From Tetramitus jugosus (taxonomy: Eukaryota; Protista; Heterolobosea): a DNA stretch of 64,000 bases. A program made the translations under genes and the position numbers. The notes below the pieces were generated by a model. The model had not been told where the DNA came from. It made no database searches and was given only the letters and a program-made list of their open reading frames with translations. Numbering within the stretch: the first letter of the stretch is position 1; every line of letters starts with the position of its first letter. Below, in pieces: positions 9,080-19,797 of the stretch. The DNA lies in assembly GCA_937625935.1 (NCBI GenBank), contig OW569358.1:475434-539433 (forward strand). The letters are read 5' to 3'.

Positions 9080-10465
9080 ATGACCATTGAGACAACTTCG
9101 GTGGAAGATTTGTTGAAGATCGAATGTGATCCAAGCTCTAGAGCCACAACCTTCACTCGTGACTATCTCACACCTTTCCTGTTGAGCAAAGAGAGAGATG
9201 ACTTGTGTTTGATACGAAATATACCCTTGTCAAGGTCAAGTCCCATTCAATTGTCTGCCATTCAATTAAAATCTGAACTATCTCAGGCCACTTCTGGCAC
9301 GGATAAGGATAAAAATGCTGTTTGTAAACTGTTGCCGCTCGTGGTCAACCGGCAACCAAAATTCTGGATTGACAAGAATTTGGCTTACACGGTTTCTCCT
9401 TTCAATCATTTCATTACTTATGGATTGGACGAGTTGCACATGTACCCTATATTTTGGGTTGTTCAATGGTTACTAACAGGTTTATTGTGGGTGATGGCTC
9501 TCGTGCTTCAATTAGTCAAGATTGACCGTATTGTTATGCCTTGTAATTACATGTTGTCCACGAGTTTACACTCTGGAATGAATGGCAAGGAAATTGAGTC
9601 TATCACTCATTATTTGAAAGAAAAGTACTCTGACAGTGCAATTATGATACGAGGTGTCAACGACGCCATCACCGCTGATTTGAAAACTAGATTGGAGAAG
9701 CAAGGCTATAAAATGCTGATTAGTCGAGTCATTTATTGGTCTGATCCATCAAAACCTGAAACATGGAAAATGAGATCGTTGAATCAAGACCTCAAATTAT
9801 TTTACGATATTGTGGAACCTTTTGAACCATACCTCAAACTCCAACTGCCCAGGAAATCGAATCTGGTTCCCCACCAGCACCGCTACAAACTACTGGACAA
9901 CGAGTTGTTATCAACAAAATTACAGAATTCAAATCCGATAGAGAGACAGGAGATTCTTTTGCGATGCGAACAAATCTATAACATGTTGTATCTGGGCAAG
10001 TACTCGAAGTGCAACATACAATTTACCTGGCAATTATTGGACCAATTTTTGAAAAAGGACACATGGCAATTCAGAGCTCTTGAAAATATAGAAACTGGAG
10101 TCATTGATGGAATTATTGGCTTTTATCTTCTGGACTATGTGGGCTATGATACTGAGGGAATGCCATCCACTCAACAACGAATAATGACCGTTCCACTTTT
10201 AGGATATGACACATCAAAACAAGATGGATATCTCTATAGACTTTTATCTTGTGTCATTGCTATAGAAGGCAAACGAAACGGTGCCATTCTCAATCAATCT
10301 AGCGGGGCTTCAAAATTTAAGATGTTTCGAGGTTGTTCCAAAGCGTTTGAGTACTTTGCTATATATGATAAGCACTTGCCGTGGTACAGAAAATGCATTT
10401 GGTCCCTAATGTATTACTTGCTGGAATTCTGTGCAAAACCAGTTGTTCTAAAATATGAACTCTAG
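9080..10465 (+). CDS. Bacterial-like GNAT/FemAB-fold hypothetical protein
   Basis: Intronless 461-aa ORF. Motifs CNYMLSTSL, AIMIRGVN, ISRVIYW, YNMLYLGKYSKCNIQFT, PLLGYDT, LYRLL, LNQSSGASKFKMFRG recall a bacterial NNWLLSTNL/SRQVY/LYLxKYS/GAxxFKxxRG family. Confidence 0.65.
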   Translation: MTIETTSVEDLLKIECDPSSRATTFTRDYLTPFLLSKERDDLCLIRNIPLSRSSPIQLSAIQLKSELSQATSGTDKDKNAVCKLLPLVVNRQPKFWIDKNLAYTVSPFNHFITYGLDELHMYPIFWVVQWLLTGLLWVMALVLQLVKIDRIVMPCNYMLSTSLHSGMNGKEIESITHYLKEKYSDSAIMIRGVNDAITADLKTRLEKQGYKMLISRVIYWSDPSKPETWKMRSLNQDLKLFYDIVEPFEPYLKLQLPRKSNLVPHQHRYKLLDNELLSTKLQNSNPIERQEILLRCEQIYNMLYLGKYSKCNIQFTWQLLDQFLKKDTWQFRALENIETGVIDGIIGFYLLDYVGYDTEGMPSTQQRIMTVPLLGYDTSKQDGYLYRLLSCVIAIEGKRNGAILNQSSGASKFKMFRGCSKAFEYFAIYDKHLPWYRKCIWSLMYYLLEFCAKPVVLKYEL

Positions 10466-10492
10466 TATTTTAGCTACCCACTGGGTTTATTA

Positions 10493-12883
10493 TCAAATTA
10501 ACTTATAGAGGCGAGTAACAAGTTTGTAGCCATACTTTTCCACTTGAAAGCGAGCTGAACTGATGGAGTCACTTTCCGAGAAAATGTGATAGAAGTTGAT
10601 GAAATCCGGAGAGAAAGAGACTGAATTCTTATCTCCAGCGTAATAGTTTGCACTAGACCAATCATACAGTGTGATAGTGAAGTCTCTGGACCATTTTTCT
10701 TTGTGTAATGGTTGCCAAACAATGCTGGATAATTGACCAGGATAGTCCCACATCACTCCAATTTTGTCCTTTGACTTGGAAAGAATGTGCCAACACCTTC
10801 CAGTGGGTGTTCGGGTGTTTGGATTCTGAGAAACTGCAATGTCAAAACCAGATTGTATCACTCTTGTCAACAGATGATCGAAGTTTTCCGAGATATCAAT
10901 GTGCCTCAAGATGCTTTCACCAACGCAATCGTCATACTGCTTGAAGTTCAAAAATCTATGTTTCGAAACAGATCCATCTATCGTCATAATCCACCCTGGC
11001 TTGTCTTCTAAAAGAGCGACCAAGTTAGGTCCCGAGTAGATGTCAAATGATCGATAAGGTCGCCGATGAATCGCTCTCATTTCCACTGAGACAACACTGT
11101 CCTCGGAGGACAACAATCCAGACGAAACTGATTTGCTCTTTCGATTTGATGGGTCGGAAGATCTAACCATGTTCACCAAATGATCGATGGGATGAGCCTC
11201 GGGCTTATAATTCAGAATAAGCCATAGTATGCATCGAACAAACCCAATAAAGCTAATTTTTGTCTCAGTTCTGTCTGTCACAGAATAATTGAAAAACTCT
11301 TGATATCTGTTATCGACAACTCCCTTGAAATACTCTTCCCTAAATAACTTCAAACAAGACAGGTGAGGTCAGCAGTTCATTAACATAAACTTAACATTTA
11401 CACCTACCTTGTACTTCTCTAGTGTTAATAAGGTGGGATTGTATGGATTGTTGATCTTGCAGTATCGTGTAAAAATTGGATCCAGTCCAACCACAATCTC
11501 AGGCCCAATCTCAAACTTGGGAACATAATCCACATAGCTAAAAGACAATTTTTCTTTGGAGTACTTCGTAGCCTTGTCCACACAGTTTGTGGCATACACT
11601 CCCACAGAAACCACTCGACAAATCTCAACTTCAAGTGTCTGTTGATGTTCTGTTGGTATCACATCAACGTTCACTGAGTTTTGTTGCTCTGTTATTCCCA
11701 CTTCTTCACTCTTTGGAGTGATAAAGTTGATTTCAGATGAGGTATGACTATTTACTGGCACTAATTTTCCACCAAACTGGACCCATACTCCTCCTAAACG
11801 ATCATCGAAATCTTGTCCTGAAATTGTGACAACGCTTCCTCCATCGTGAGATCCTTTATCTGGATACAAGGATTTCAAGGAAGGTACCCGAACAGAATTC
11901 AGATCAAACATATCATTTTGCAAGGAAACACCGAAATATCGATCGTACGGCTCAGACCACGACTCTATGAACGCTATGATCTTTTCATGGTTGGTGGTGT
12001 AGAGTTTCGTGTATTGAGGTTTCGAGTAAATATAGAGAGCAATTCGAAGTACACAATCAGCAAACTGCTTAAGATCCAAGTACATTGAGTCCATGTCGCG
12101 TTCATTCTGCTCAAATAGTCTGAAGAATCGAACGACGTCCATAGGAGATATCTGACTCGGATAAAACTGAAACTTCTTAGCCCAAGTGTTGAATGATTCT
12201 ATCGACATTACATATCTCTTCTCGTTGTTTGTAATTTCGTCAGTATTATCATCAATATTCTCTGAGTATGTCTCAAATATCTTCGTCATGAATTAGCATT
12301 ATTCGAACTCTTGTAGAATCGAGGCTGATAGTTTCTCTACTTACTCTCTCAAAACACTTTTCATAAGTATAATAGAGCTTCATATACGAATAATCATCAC
12401 TGAATGAAATAGTGGGCGTCGCATTGAGGTACATTGGCAGAATACTATCATTCGAAAAAATATCACTGAGCATTTTCTCAAACGCCTCTATTCTTTTCTC
12501 GCTCTTCTGTTTCAGCTTACTTCTTAGGCAAGCAACCTCATATAGAGCAATGATAAAGTTCTCAAATCTCATATCATGATTGTTTCCTGATGTCGCTACA
12601 TAAATCAAATCAATATCCTTTTGACTAATACTTGAATCAATGAAGCCAAAGGTATCCAGGAATGCTCGAAACTTGGCAGAAGAAAGAAATTGAGGGAATG
12701 TTCTGCCTCCTCCATGAACGCAGGCACCTTTGAAAATCTCCCTTAATTTTGCTGCAATCAACAATGTCAGAACGGCGGCCTTCACATCCAGAGTACTAGG
12801 TTTTACATACCCTGAATTGCAGCATTTTCTCTGCTCCTGATAAAAGATAGGGCATCATGCATGTGATCATTGCTGCTCGGCAT
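10493..12883 (-). CDS. Four-exon gene: tandem p25-alpha/EF-hand-like helical repeats plus IPT/TIG domain
   Basis: ATG at 12883. GT-AG introns at 12752-12810, 12281-12344 and 11348-11407, each with a CTRAY-like branch site, join three track ORFs in frame. IPT motif SLYPDKGSHDGGSVVTISGQDF..VWVQFGG..EINFITP. Confidence 0.8.
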
Positions 12884-13015
12884 GTTTCCTTTGAATGTTT
12901 GCTGCGTTGTTATGTCTGTCAATCACGTGTCAAAAAAATTTTGTCCTTGATCTTCTAATCAATTGTTCTTTACATTGGTTTATCAAAAATTAAGTGTACA
13001 GGCCAAACTAGTAAC

Positions 13016-14525
13016 TTACTCATTAATAGCTTCTTGGTTCTTGTCAGTTTGAACGATAGAGTTCACACCAGTTGGATTGTTTGTCAAAGCAGGATCTGTG
13101 ATAATTTGAGGCTTGTAATCGTGCTTCACATAAGCGGACAACTTTTCAGCATACATGCTATATCTAGCAGTAGTGTGGAACATCCAACCATCACGAACTT
13201 GACGAATCATGTTCAAATCAACATCCGTGATCAAGAGTCCATCTCTCACACGACTCAACTCTGGAGTTCTGGAAGCATCTGGACCAGCGACATAACTAGA
13301 GCCATAGAAGTGACCAAAGTCCTTATGAGCCTTCTGTCCATTGCCAGATGTAAACTCATTAGGGAAGACTTCTGTTCCGATTCTGTTAATACCAACACTG
13401 TAGTAACCATTGGCAATTGCAGCATTTCTGGCTTCAATGCCCCACATTGGCTCAGACAGAGCACCGACAGTAGCAGATGGGTTGAACACAATCTCTGCAC
13501 CGTTCAATCCGTACATCATCCAGTTCAGAGGGTGATGTCTGCCATAGCAAATGTTCACAGCAATCTTACCAAAAGCAGTTTGGAACACTGGATGACCAGT
13601 GTTACCCTCCAAGTAGTAAGTAGATTCATTAAAATCACCAACACGAGGAATGTGGTTCTTTCTTGACTTGCCAATATAGTTACCATTGTTTCCAATGATC
13701 ACAGCAGTGTTCCAAATGGTTTCAGCATGCGTAGAGTCTCTCTCCAAGATGGAAGACACGATCACCATGTTGTATCTCTTTGCAATCTTCTTGAGATATT
13801 GTGTGGATGGACCTGTCTCGGCATCCTCAGCAAACTCCAACCACGGGTGCTTTTCTCTTGTCGCGAAGCTACGATTGAAAAACAAACAGACAAAAAAGAG
13901 AGTTAGTATCATTGGCGCCAAAAAAAAGTATCGTAAACTAGTGTGTCCGTGCATCAAAAAAGCCTAGCAAGAACCAAACAAAAAAATGAGCAAATGACTC
14001 AACAACATACGCAAATGGCATTGTCCAAGCTTCTTGCATGGCCAACACATTGACTCCCATCTCTCCTGCAACCTTTGCAATCTCACCAATTCTGTCTCTC
14101 AGTGCAATAAATTGTTCCTCCACTGGTCTATCCGTTGGAAGAACAATTTGATTCTGAATGACACCGATACGCACAAGTCTTCTTGTTCTTCTGCTCTCTT
14201 CCAACGAGTTCTTGACCATTGAGTAGTGCTTAATCTCAAAGTTGAGTGCATCAGCCTTGGATTGCACATCACTTGGTACCTTTATTTCTTCAATGCTCTT
14301 TCCATAGAGAATTCTTCTCACTTGTTCAAATTCTTCTTGAGGCAAGTGAGTCTTCAACACATCGTACACACTGTGAATCGATGTGAATGGGTCATTCTTG
14401 TTTACGCCTGGATGGACAGGCTTCTTTTGTGTTTCAGCAGTGGTAGCTACCACACTGAAGATGAAGCACAGTGCACAAAGTAAGAGTGCACAAACGAGTG
14501 TGCGTGATGAGGAATGCATCATCAT
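13016..14525 (-). CDS. UPB1: Beta-ureidopropionase (beta-alanine synthase, nitrilase superfamily), two exons
   Basis: Intron 13869-14010 (GTATGT...TAG) yields [23 protein letters not shown]. Catalytic motifs [14 protein letters not shown] and NICYGRHHP; C-terminal [11 protein letters not shown]. Confidence 0.95.
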
Positions 14526-14774
14526 GATTGATATATGTTACAAATAATGTGGAATCTTTTTTTTCAGTGGTGTTATCTCGTTGTGATCTAAAAAAAGTTT
14601 GCCTTTACAACCACCACGCACATTCAGAACCTGCGAACGAGTTTTTTTGACATGTTCAGAAGAAAACTCCGGAATCCGTTGTAAGGCTACAGCACTTTGT
14701 GGTCTTCTCACCAGTTACAGTGGTAAAACAGGAGATATTGGTGCAGTTTCTATTCTTTCTGGCACTACATTTAT

Positions 14775-17339
14775 TCAACATTGCGCTCTTTCCACTATTA
14801 GTAAATCAGATCGCAAGAGCTCAAGATCTTTATCGTTCTCTATCTCACAGTCCTCATTGTCTCGGATAACGATTTTGTCTTCCGCTTTCCAATCCATTAT
14901 TTCAAGTATTTGATGCTTCAGATCTTCGAAACAATGATACTTTATCCTCTTTTTCTTGTTGGCTATCTGAACACTAACAATGGGAAAGTTGAATCTTAGT
15001 TCCAGTTTTGTTGTCCTGATCAAATTTTCATTGTTACGTTGGGGATTCTTGTTTAGGACAATACTGGATGTTTCAGGAGATATCATGCCAACACTCTCTA
15101 ACACTTCACATACTATGGGGAACAAAGACTGTTGAATTGTACAGTGCTCAGCTATGTCTTTTAAGAGAGAAGTTGCTTGCTCTCCAAAGAATTGTTCAAA
15201 AGCGCTCTCACCCAAGATAATTACTTCCATGCCTCTTGGAATGGCAATTGTACCTGGACGATAATCTATCCGAGATCTTAATCTTTCTTTCATTTCTGTA
15301 AATTGAACATGAGTTGTATTTGCTTCATCCTTCTCAAATGTTGTGTTCCATACGAATCGTCCAGATCCCATTCTGAAAGTATCTTCCAAAGTAAACAGAC
15401 TTCCCAATACATCATGAGATCTACACAAAACAAATAAAGTGAATTTCTGAATGGGTGTACCGTTCATTGACAACGCTGCTTTGTCAATTTCATTTTGAAG
15501 CATCTTCACACTGAAGCTCGATCTTTGTCCATTTTTGATGGCAAATCCCACCATCGTATCATTGGTAGCTAAAAAGTACAAATCACAAGACATCGACATT
15601 GGCTTCGGCTTATGGAAATGCTTCACTTTGCACATATTTGTGATTACCCATTTCCAATCATTAACTGATACGTCGTGACTCCAGGAGAGCGTTTTCAGCT
15701 CCTCCTTCTCATCCTTAGTTAATTTTTGACTTTTCTTGCACGTAAATTTGGGAAGAAACACTATCTCTGACAGATTGACATCAACCAACAAATGGCCTAT
15801 ATTCTCAGAGTATGAAAAGCAGGGTGAAAGTTGGTTCCAAGTGATATCTCCTTTCACTCTTCTCATCATTTGAATACGAAGAACAAGAATGTTAGAAGTT
15901 AGATACTCTAGCAATTCACCAGCGTTTAACATGGCAGAGTATTGTTGCAGTCCCTTAAGAAGGCCACCATGTGAGGGATCTGGAAAAGGGATGTTAACCT
16001 TTAAGCACTCTGGGAAAATCATACGATAAACCAAGTACTTGGGATTGTCTTTGTCTTCGATATCCTCGATGTATAGTGGTAGGGCGTGGAGTAACTCTGT
16101 CATTGTCTGGTAACTTTCAATGGGAGTGTCATCCGGAAAAGTTACACCCAAAGCACTCAAAGAATAGATGAACGATAGTACTTGACTCAATGGTCCATCT
16201 ATCGATGATAATAAGTGTATCTCTGCCGAATTTTGGAGTGTGAAAAACAAGTGTGTGTTGTGCAAAAACAGATTGTCAATATCTCTCACGCCACTGAGCC
16301 TTATGGTAGTCTTGTTGAAAATACTCCAACAAACCCGATAGACGAATCGAGGAATTCCTCCCGTGTAAATGTACAACCTCTGACAAAAGTATGAAACATC
16401 TTCGTCCCGTAATCCACGTTGAGAATACAATTGGAGTAGACTTTGATCTCCAACAATCGTTTTGGTAACACTCTCCTCAATATGATGACTCGAAAGAGCT
16501 CGGAGAACAATATGGCGCGAAGGACTTGGTGCTGGAGGAAGATATCGTAATTCTGGGGCCCTCTTTTCTCTTCCCAGCAGCACTGGAGTTTGTGTTTTGC
16601 CAACAAAGACGAAAAGGGTCTTTCGTTTCTTTGATGCAACCAAAGATCCTATCAGAACATCCCATAGATTCAATAGATTCTGTGCAGAGCCTACTGTATC
16701 ATTCTTCCACTCTAGTGTCTGGATCTCATCTAGGCAAACCAGCAACGAAGGCAATATGTCATTTGAATTATACAGTTTTAAAAACAATCCCAAATCTCCT
16801 CTACTGTCATTTATCACTCCTTGTAAAACATCCATGACCTGATCCATTTTATGGTTCATGAAAGTTAACCGTATTTCCTGATAAAAGGTCTTCAAAATAT
16901 AATTCTTGTCCTTGGGGTTGGAAGACCCATCTAAGTGGATGTGAACTAGTATAGCTTTGTCGACGACACCGTATCTTACAAGAGAAGTATTCTTTCTCAA
17001 TATTCTTCTGAAGTTTCTCACCAGAGTGGTTTTTCCAGATCCATATAATTGTGATACTAATGGCATAAAAGATTTTGGATCCCTAAGTTGAGCTACAAGG
17101 GACTCGTACAATTCCATTGATTCTTTCAGTCTGTTTACAAAGTGCATCTCAGATAAACCATTAGGGTTGTTGTACCTCGGAGATAGTTTCGAGTTTTCGA
17201 GCTCGTCAGAAACTAATTTGTGTGCCACCTTTTCTTCCACCTGTGATAGCGTTGATTTCATTGTCATTTTCAATGAAAAGGTCTCGCCAGAGGAACCAGA
17301 TATCAGTTTGTTGCGAGTGCCTTGTGTGAATTCTTTCAT
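14775..17339 (-). CDS. P-loop NTPase + restriction-endonuclease-like domain + C-terminal PB1/ubiquitin-like domain (Crinkler/RHS-type effector-like)
   Basis: Walker A SQLYGSGKTT, Walker B LLVCLDE, TGGIPR motif, KPKPMSMSCDLYF...VGFAIKNG (PD-(D/E)xK-like), and a C-terminal FEDLKHQI..IVIRDNEDCEIENDKDLELL. Extra 5' exons may lie in 17386-17735. Confidence 0.65.
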   Translation of the reverse strand: MKEFTQGTRNKLISGSSGETFSLKMTMKSTLSQVEEKVAHKLVSDELENSKLSPRYNNPNGLSEMHFVNRLKESMELYESLVAQLRDPKSFMPLVSQLYGSGKTTLVRNFRRILRKNTSLVRYGVVDKAILVHIHLDGSSNPKDKNYILKTFYQEIRLTFMNHKMDQVMDVLQGVINDSRGDLGLFLKLYNSNDILPSLLVCLDEIQTLEWKNDTVGSAQNLLNLWDVLIGSLVASKKRKTLFVFVGKTQTPVLLGREKRAPELRYLPPAPSPSRHIVLRALSSHHIEESVTKTIVGDQSLLQLYSQRGLRDEDVSYFCQRLYIYTGGIPRFVYRVCWSIFNKTTIRLSGVRDIDNLFLHNTHLFFTLQNSAEIHLLSSIDGPLSQVLSFIYSLSALGVTFPDDTPIESYQTMTELLHALPLYIEDIEDKDNPKYLVYRMIFPECLKVNIPFPDPSHGGLLKGLQQYSAMLNAGELLEYLTSNILVLRIQMMRRVKGDITWNQLSPCFSYSENIGHLLVDVNLSEIVFLPKFTCKKSQKLTKDEKEELKTLSWSHDVSVNDWKWVITNMCKVKHFHKPKPMSMSCDLYFLATNDTMVGFAIKNGQRSSFSVKMLQNEIDKAALSMNGTPIQKFTLFVLCRSHDVLGSLFTLEDTFRMGSGRFVWNTTFEKDEANTTHVQFTEMKERLRSRIDYRPGTIAIPRGMEVIILGESAFEQFFGEQATSLLKDIAEHCTIQQSLFPIVCEVLESVGMISPETSSIVLNKNPQRNNENLIRTTKLELRFNFPIVSVQIANKKKRIKYHCFEDLKHQILEIMDWKAEDKIVIRDNEDCEIENDKDLELLRSDLLIVERAQC

Positions 17340-17838
17340 TTTAGTCCGACTCTTAGAGACCGTTTCACTCCTCTGCGCGACAGAGTTAATTTATCTTGAA
17401 TAGTCCTTGATTCACGTCGACTTCTTGACTGACCCACCTTATCTCTTTCTCTGCTTCACTTCTCTTCTTACCGGAGAACTTCATTTCGTCTAGGAGTACC
17501 TTCTTGAAGTTCCCTTTCTTTCCCATCAGTCCCTCCAGCATAACGACAGGAAGCGAACATTTCGTGGTTGTATCTTTCCACTTACGTACAAGACATCCTC
17601 GAATCAAATATGGACCTTGATAGAGTCTGGCAGACTAAATTTGCCTGTTGCTTCTCCTTCAGCTCTTCAACCAACTTGCTTCTTGCTACCCTTCTAGAAG
17701 TGCACTCTAAAATTTGTTTTTTTAATACAACCATTTCGGTTGCACTCTACAAAACAGAAATGTCTACTTTGTGATGCATTCCTGGAGAAAAGCGCCCGCA
17801 ACGCGGGGCGTTTTGTAAGCATGAATTGTTGTCAACAA

Positions 17839-17909
17839 GCATCTGTAGTGTAGGGGTATCATGCAGCGTTGCCATCGCTGCGACCCGGGTTCGAATCCCG
17901 GCAGATGCA
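17839..17909 (+). tRNA. trnG-GCC: tRNA-Gly (anticodon GCC)
   Basis: Acceptor stem GCATCTG/CAGATGC-A; anticodon arm CAGCG-TTGCCAT-CGCTG; T-arm CCGGG-TTCGAAT-CCCGG; followed by TTTTT. Confidence 0.97.
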
Positions 17910-17914
17910 TTTTT
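17910..17914 (+). terminator. RNA polymerase III oligo-T terminator of tRNA-Gly
   Basis: T5 run immediately after the tRNA discriminator base. Confidence 0.8.
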
Positions 17915-18059
17915 GGCATAGAGAGACAAAAGAAGTGACGCAACGCACAGCAAAGCGAAAACACGCGTCTCTTGTTAGAGTGTCCGTGTCCTCTTCTTAT
18001 GCGCAACACCAAAAACAAACAAGAGAAATCAAGATCAGAGGAACAACAGCCATACGATC

Positions 18060-19418
18060 ATGATGGCCTTCATTCAACACGACAGCAATAACATTGCCTA
18101 CTGCATGGGTGAATTCACTCACTCTCAATTCGGTGATCATTGGCTTCCACAATCCGATCTGCCAGATGAAAACACTCAAGTTCCCCTCCAGACGAACTTG
18201 CCAGACCATGGTGCTGATCATTCACCTACTGCGCAACAATTGTTGCGTCCCTTCCAGATGAACAACATTGGCACACAACCGGCAACAAGTACAAGCCATT
18301 CGATTCATACAACAACAACAACAACGACGAGCTCACGTCGCTTGATCCAATGCTCCTGCACTTCATTCGGTACTCTATATCTCACATCGGATCACAACAT
18401 TTTTGCCACTGGTCTCATTTTCAATCCACGTGTGCGTCGTCAATTTCATGACTATGGCCGTACGAATCCAACACTGAGAAACAATGTTCGTACGGTTGCA
18501 TCCGGTTCGAATCACGCTTGTCTCATCACATTGAACAATCAGGTGTACACGGTGGGAGATGGTTACTTTGGTCAGTTGGGATTGGTTGATATGAACTTTG
18601 TGGCATCGTTCAGAAGGGTTGACTGTGGTGCGGATGCTGTGTGGAACGGACTGCAGTTTTCTCAAGTGAGTTGTGGTCATACGCACACACTGTTGTTGAC
18701 AGAGTGTGGACAAGTGTTTGGATTTGGTAGTTCCAAGAATGGTCAGTTGTCTGTGGAGAAGAACAAGGTGACTACGCCAGTGTTGGTGTCCAACAGAGAC
18801 GAACACTATAGAATTCGTTTCATTGGAGCAGGCTACAACTATACAGTGATGATTGATGAGTCAAATACAGCGTATTTGATGGGTACGAGCATGGTGCCTG
18901 ATGTGGGAACTCCCACCATGAGCAACGCACTGTTGCGCAAGATTGATGCACTGGAGAATCGCGTAAAGGAAGTGTCGTGTGGCTATTCGACACTGGCATT
19001 CACTACGACTGACAATGAGATATACACTGTGGGAAAGGACTGTTCGAGCTCGACTCTCCTCCGTGATGTCTCATCAGACATTGGTACACTCCAAAAAATC
19101 GATCCAATGTCTTGTGGCATACCAGCCAACGTAACTCGAGTACTGTACAGTAATTTTGCTCTGAGTTGTGTGTGTGTCACAGACAGAAACGAGATCTACT
19201 ATTGTTCGGGAAAGGCAGGTGATACCTCATTCGTACTGTTGGATGGATGTCGATTCTCTGATGCTTCTTCGATTGAAGTAGCTTCTGGCGCTCGACATCT
19301 TATGATTTATCCCAAAGAGAAGGCAAAGAAGAATTCAATAACTGTATTCCATCATAACATGAGATCCTGTTTGAAGAACTCTCACTACTCGGATCTCATC
19401 ATCCAAACCCTCCAATAA
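18060..19418 (+). CDS. RCC1/BLIP-II repeat protein
   Basis: Repeats VASGSNHACLIT, VYTVGDGYFGQLG, VSCGHTHTLLLT..FGFGSSKNGQL, IGAGYNYT; ends in a HYSDLII stub. Confidence 0.88.
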   Translation: MMAFIQHDSNNIAYCMGEFTHSQFGDHWLPQSDLPDENTQVPLQTNLPDHGADHSPTAQQLLRPFQMNNIGTQPATSTSHSIHTTTTTTTSSRRLIQCSCTSFGTLYLTSDHNIFATGLIFNPRVRRQFHDYGRTNPTLRNNVRTVASGSNHACLITLNNQVYTVGDGYFGQLGLVDMNFVASFRRVDCGADAVWNGLQFSQVSCGHTHTLLLTECGQVFGFGSSKNGQLSVEKNKVTTPVLVSNRDEHYRIRFIGAGYNYTVMIDESNTAYLMGTSMVPDVGTPTMSNALLRKIDALENRVKEVSCGYSTLAFTTTDNEIYTVGKDCSSSTLLRDVSSDIGTLQKIDPMSCGIPANVTRVLYSNFALSCVCVTDRNEIYYCSGKAGDTSFVLLDGCRFSDASSIEVASGARHLMIYPKEKAKKNSITVFHHNMRSCLKNSHYSDLIIQTLQ

Positions 19419-19797
19419 AATCTCTCTATTGCTGAACCATATTTTTTTTGTGCCACGGCATTGATCAATTTTTGAAATGTTTCCTTCTCGCACGAACAAT
19501 TCTATGAGATGATTATAATTCAATTTACACACATGATGGTCTCTGTGATTACAAAACAATTGAACAAAACATGCATGGCTTTATGATCCAAACTATTTTG
19601 CATAAAATATCGATGTCCCTCCTGTGTGCAACATCCTTGTGAATCCAAGAGATCCTTGAAAGGAAGACTCAAGAAAAAATATCCTGTCTTGTTGTCAAAA
19701 ATAGGTGAACGACAGATCTTTTCATCTCATCACAACTGGAAAACTTATGTGAAGAAAAATACAACCAAGTGAAAAACATACAATACCAATCATCAAG

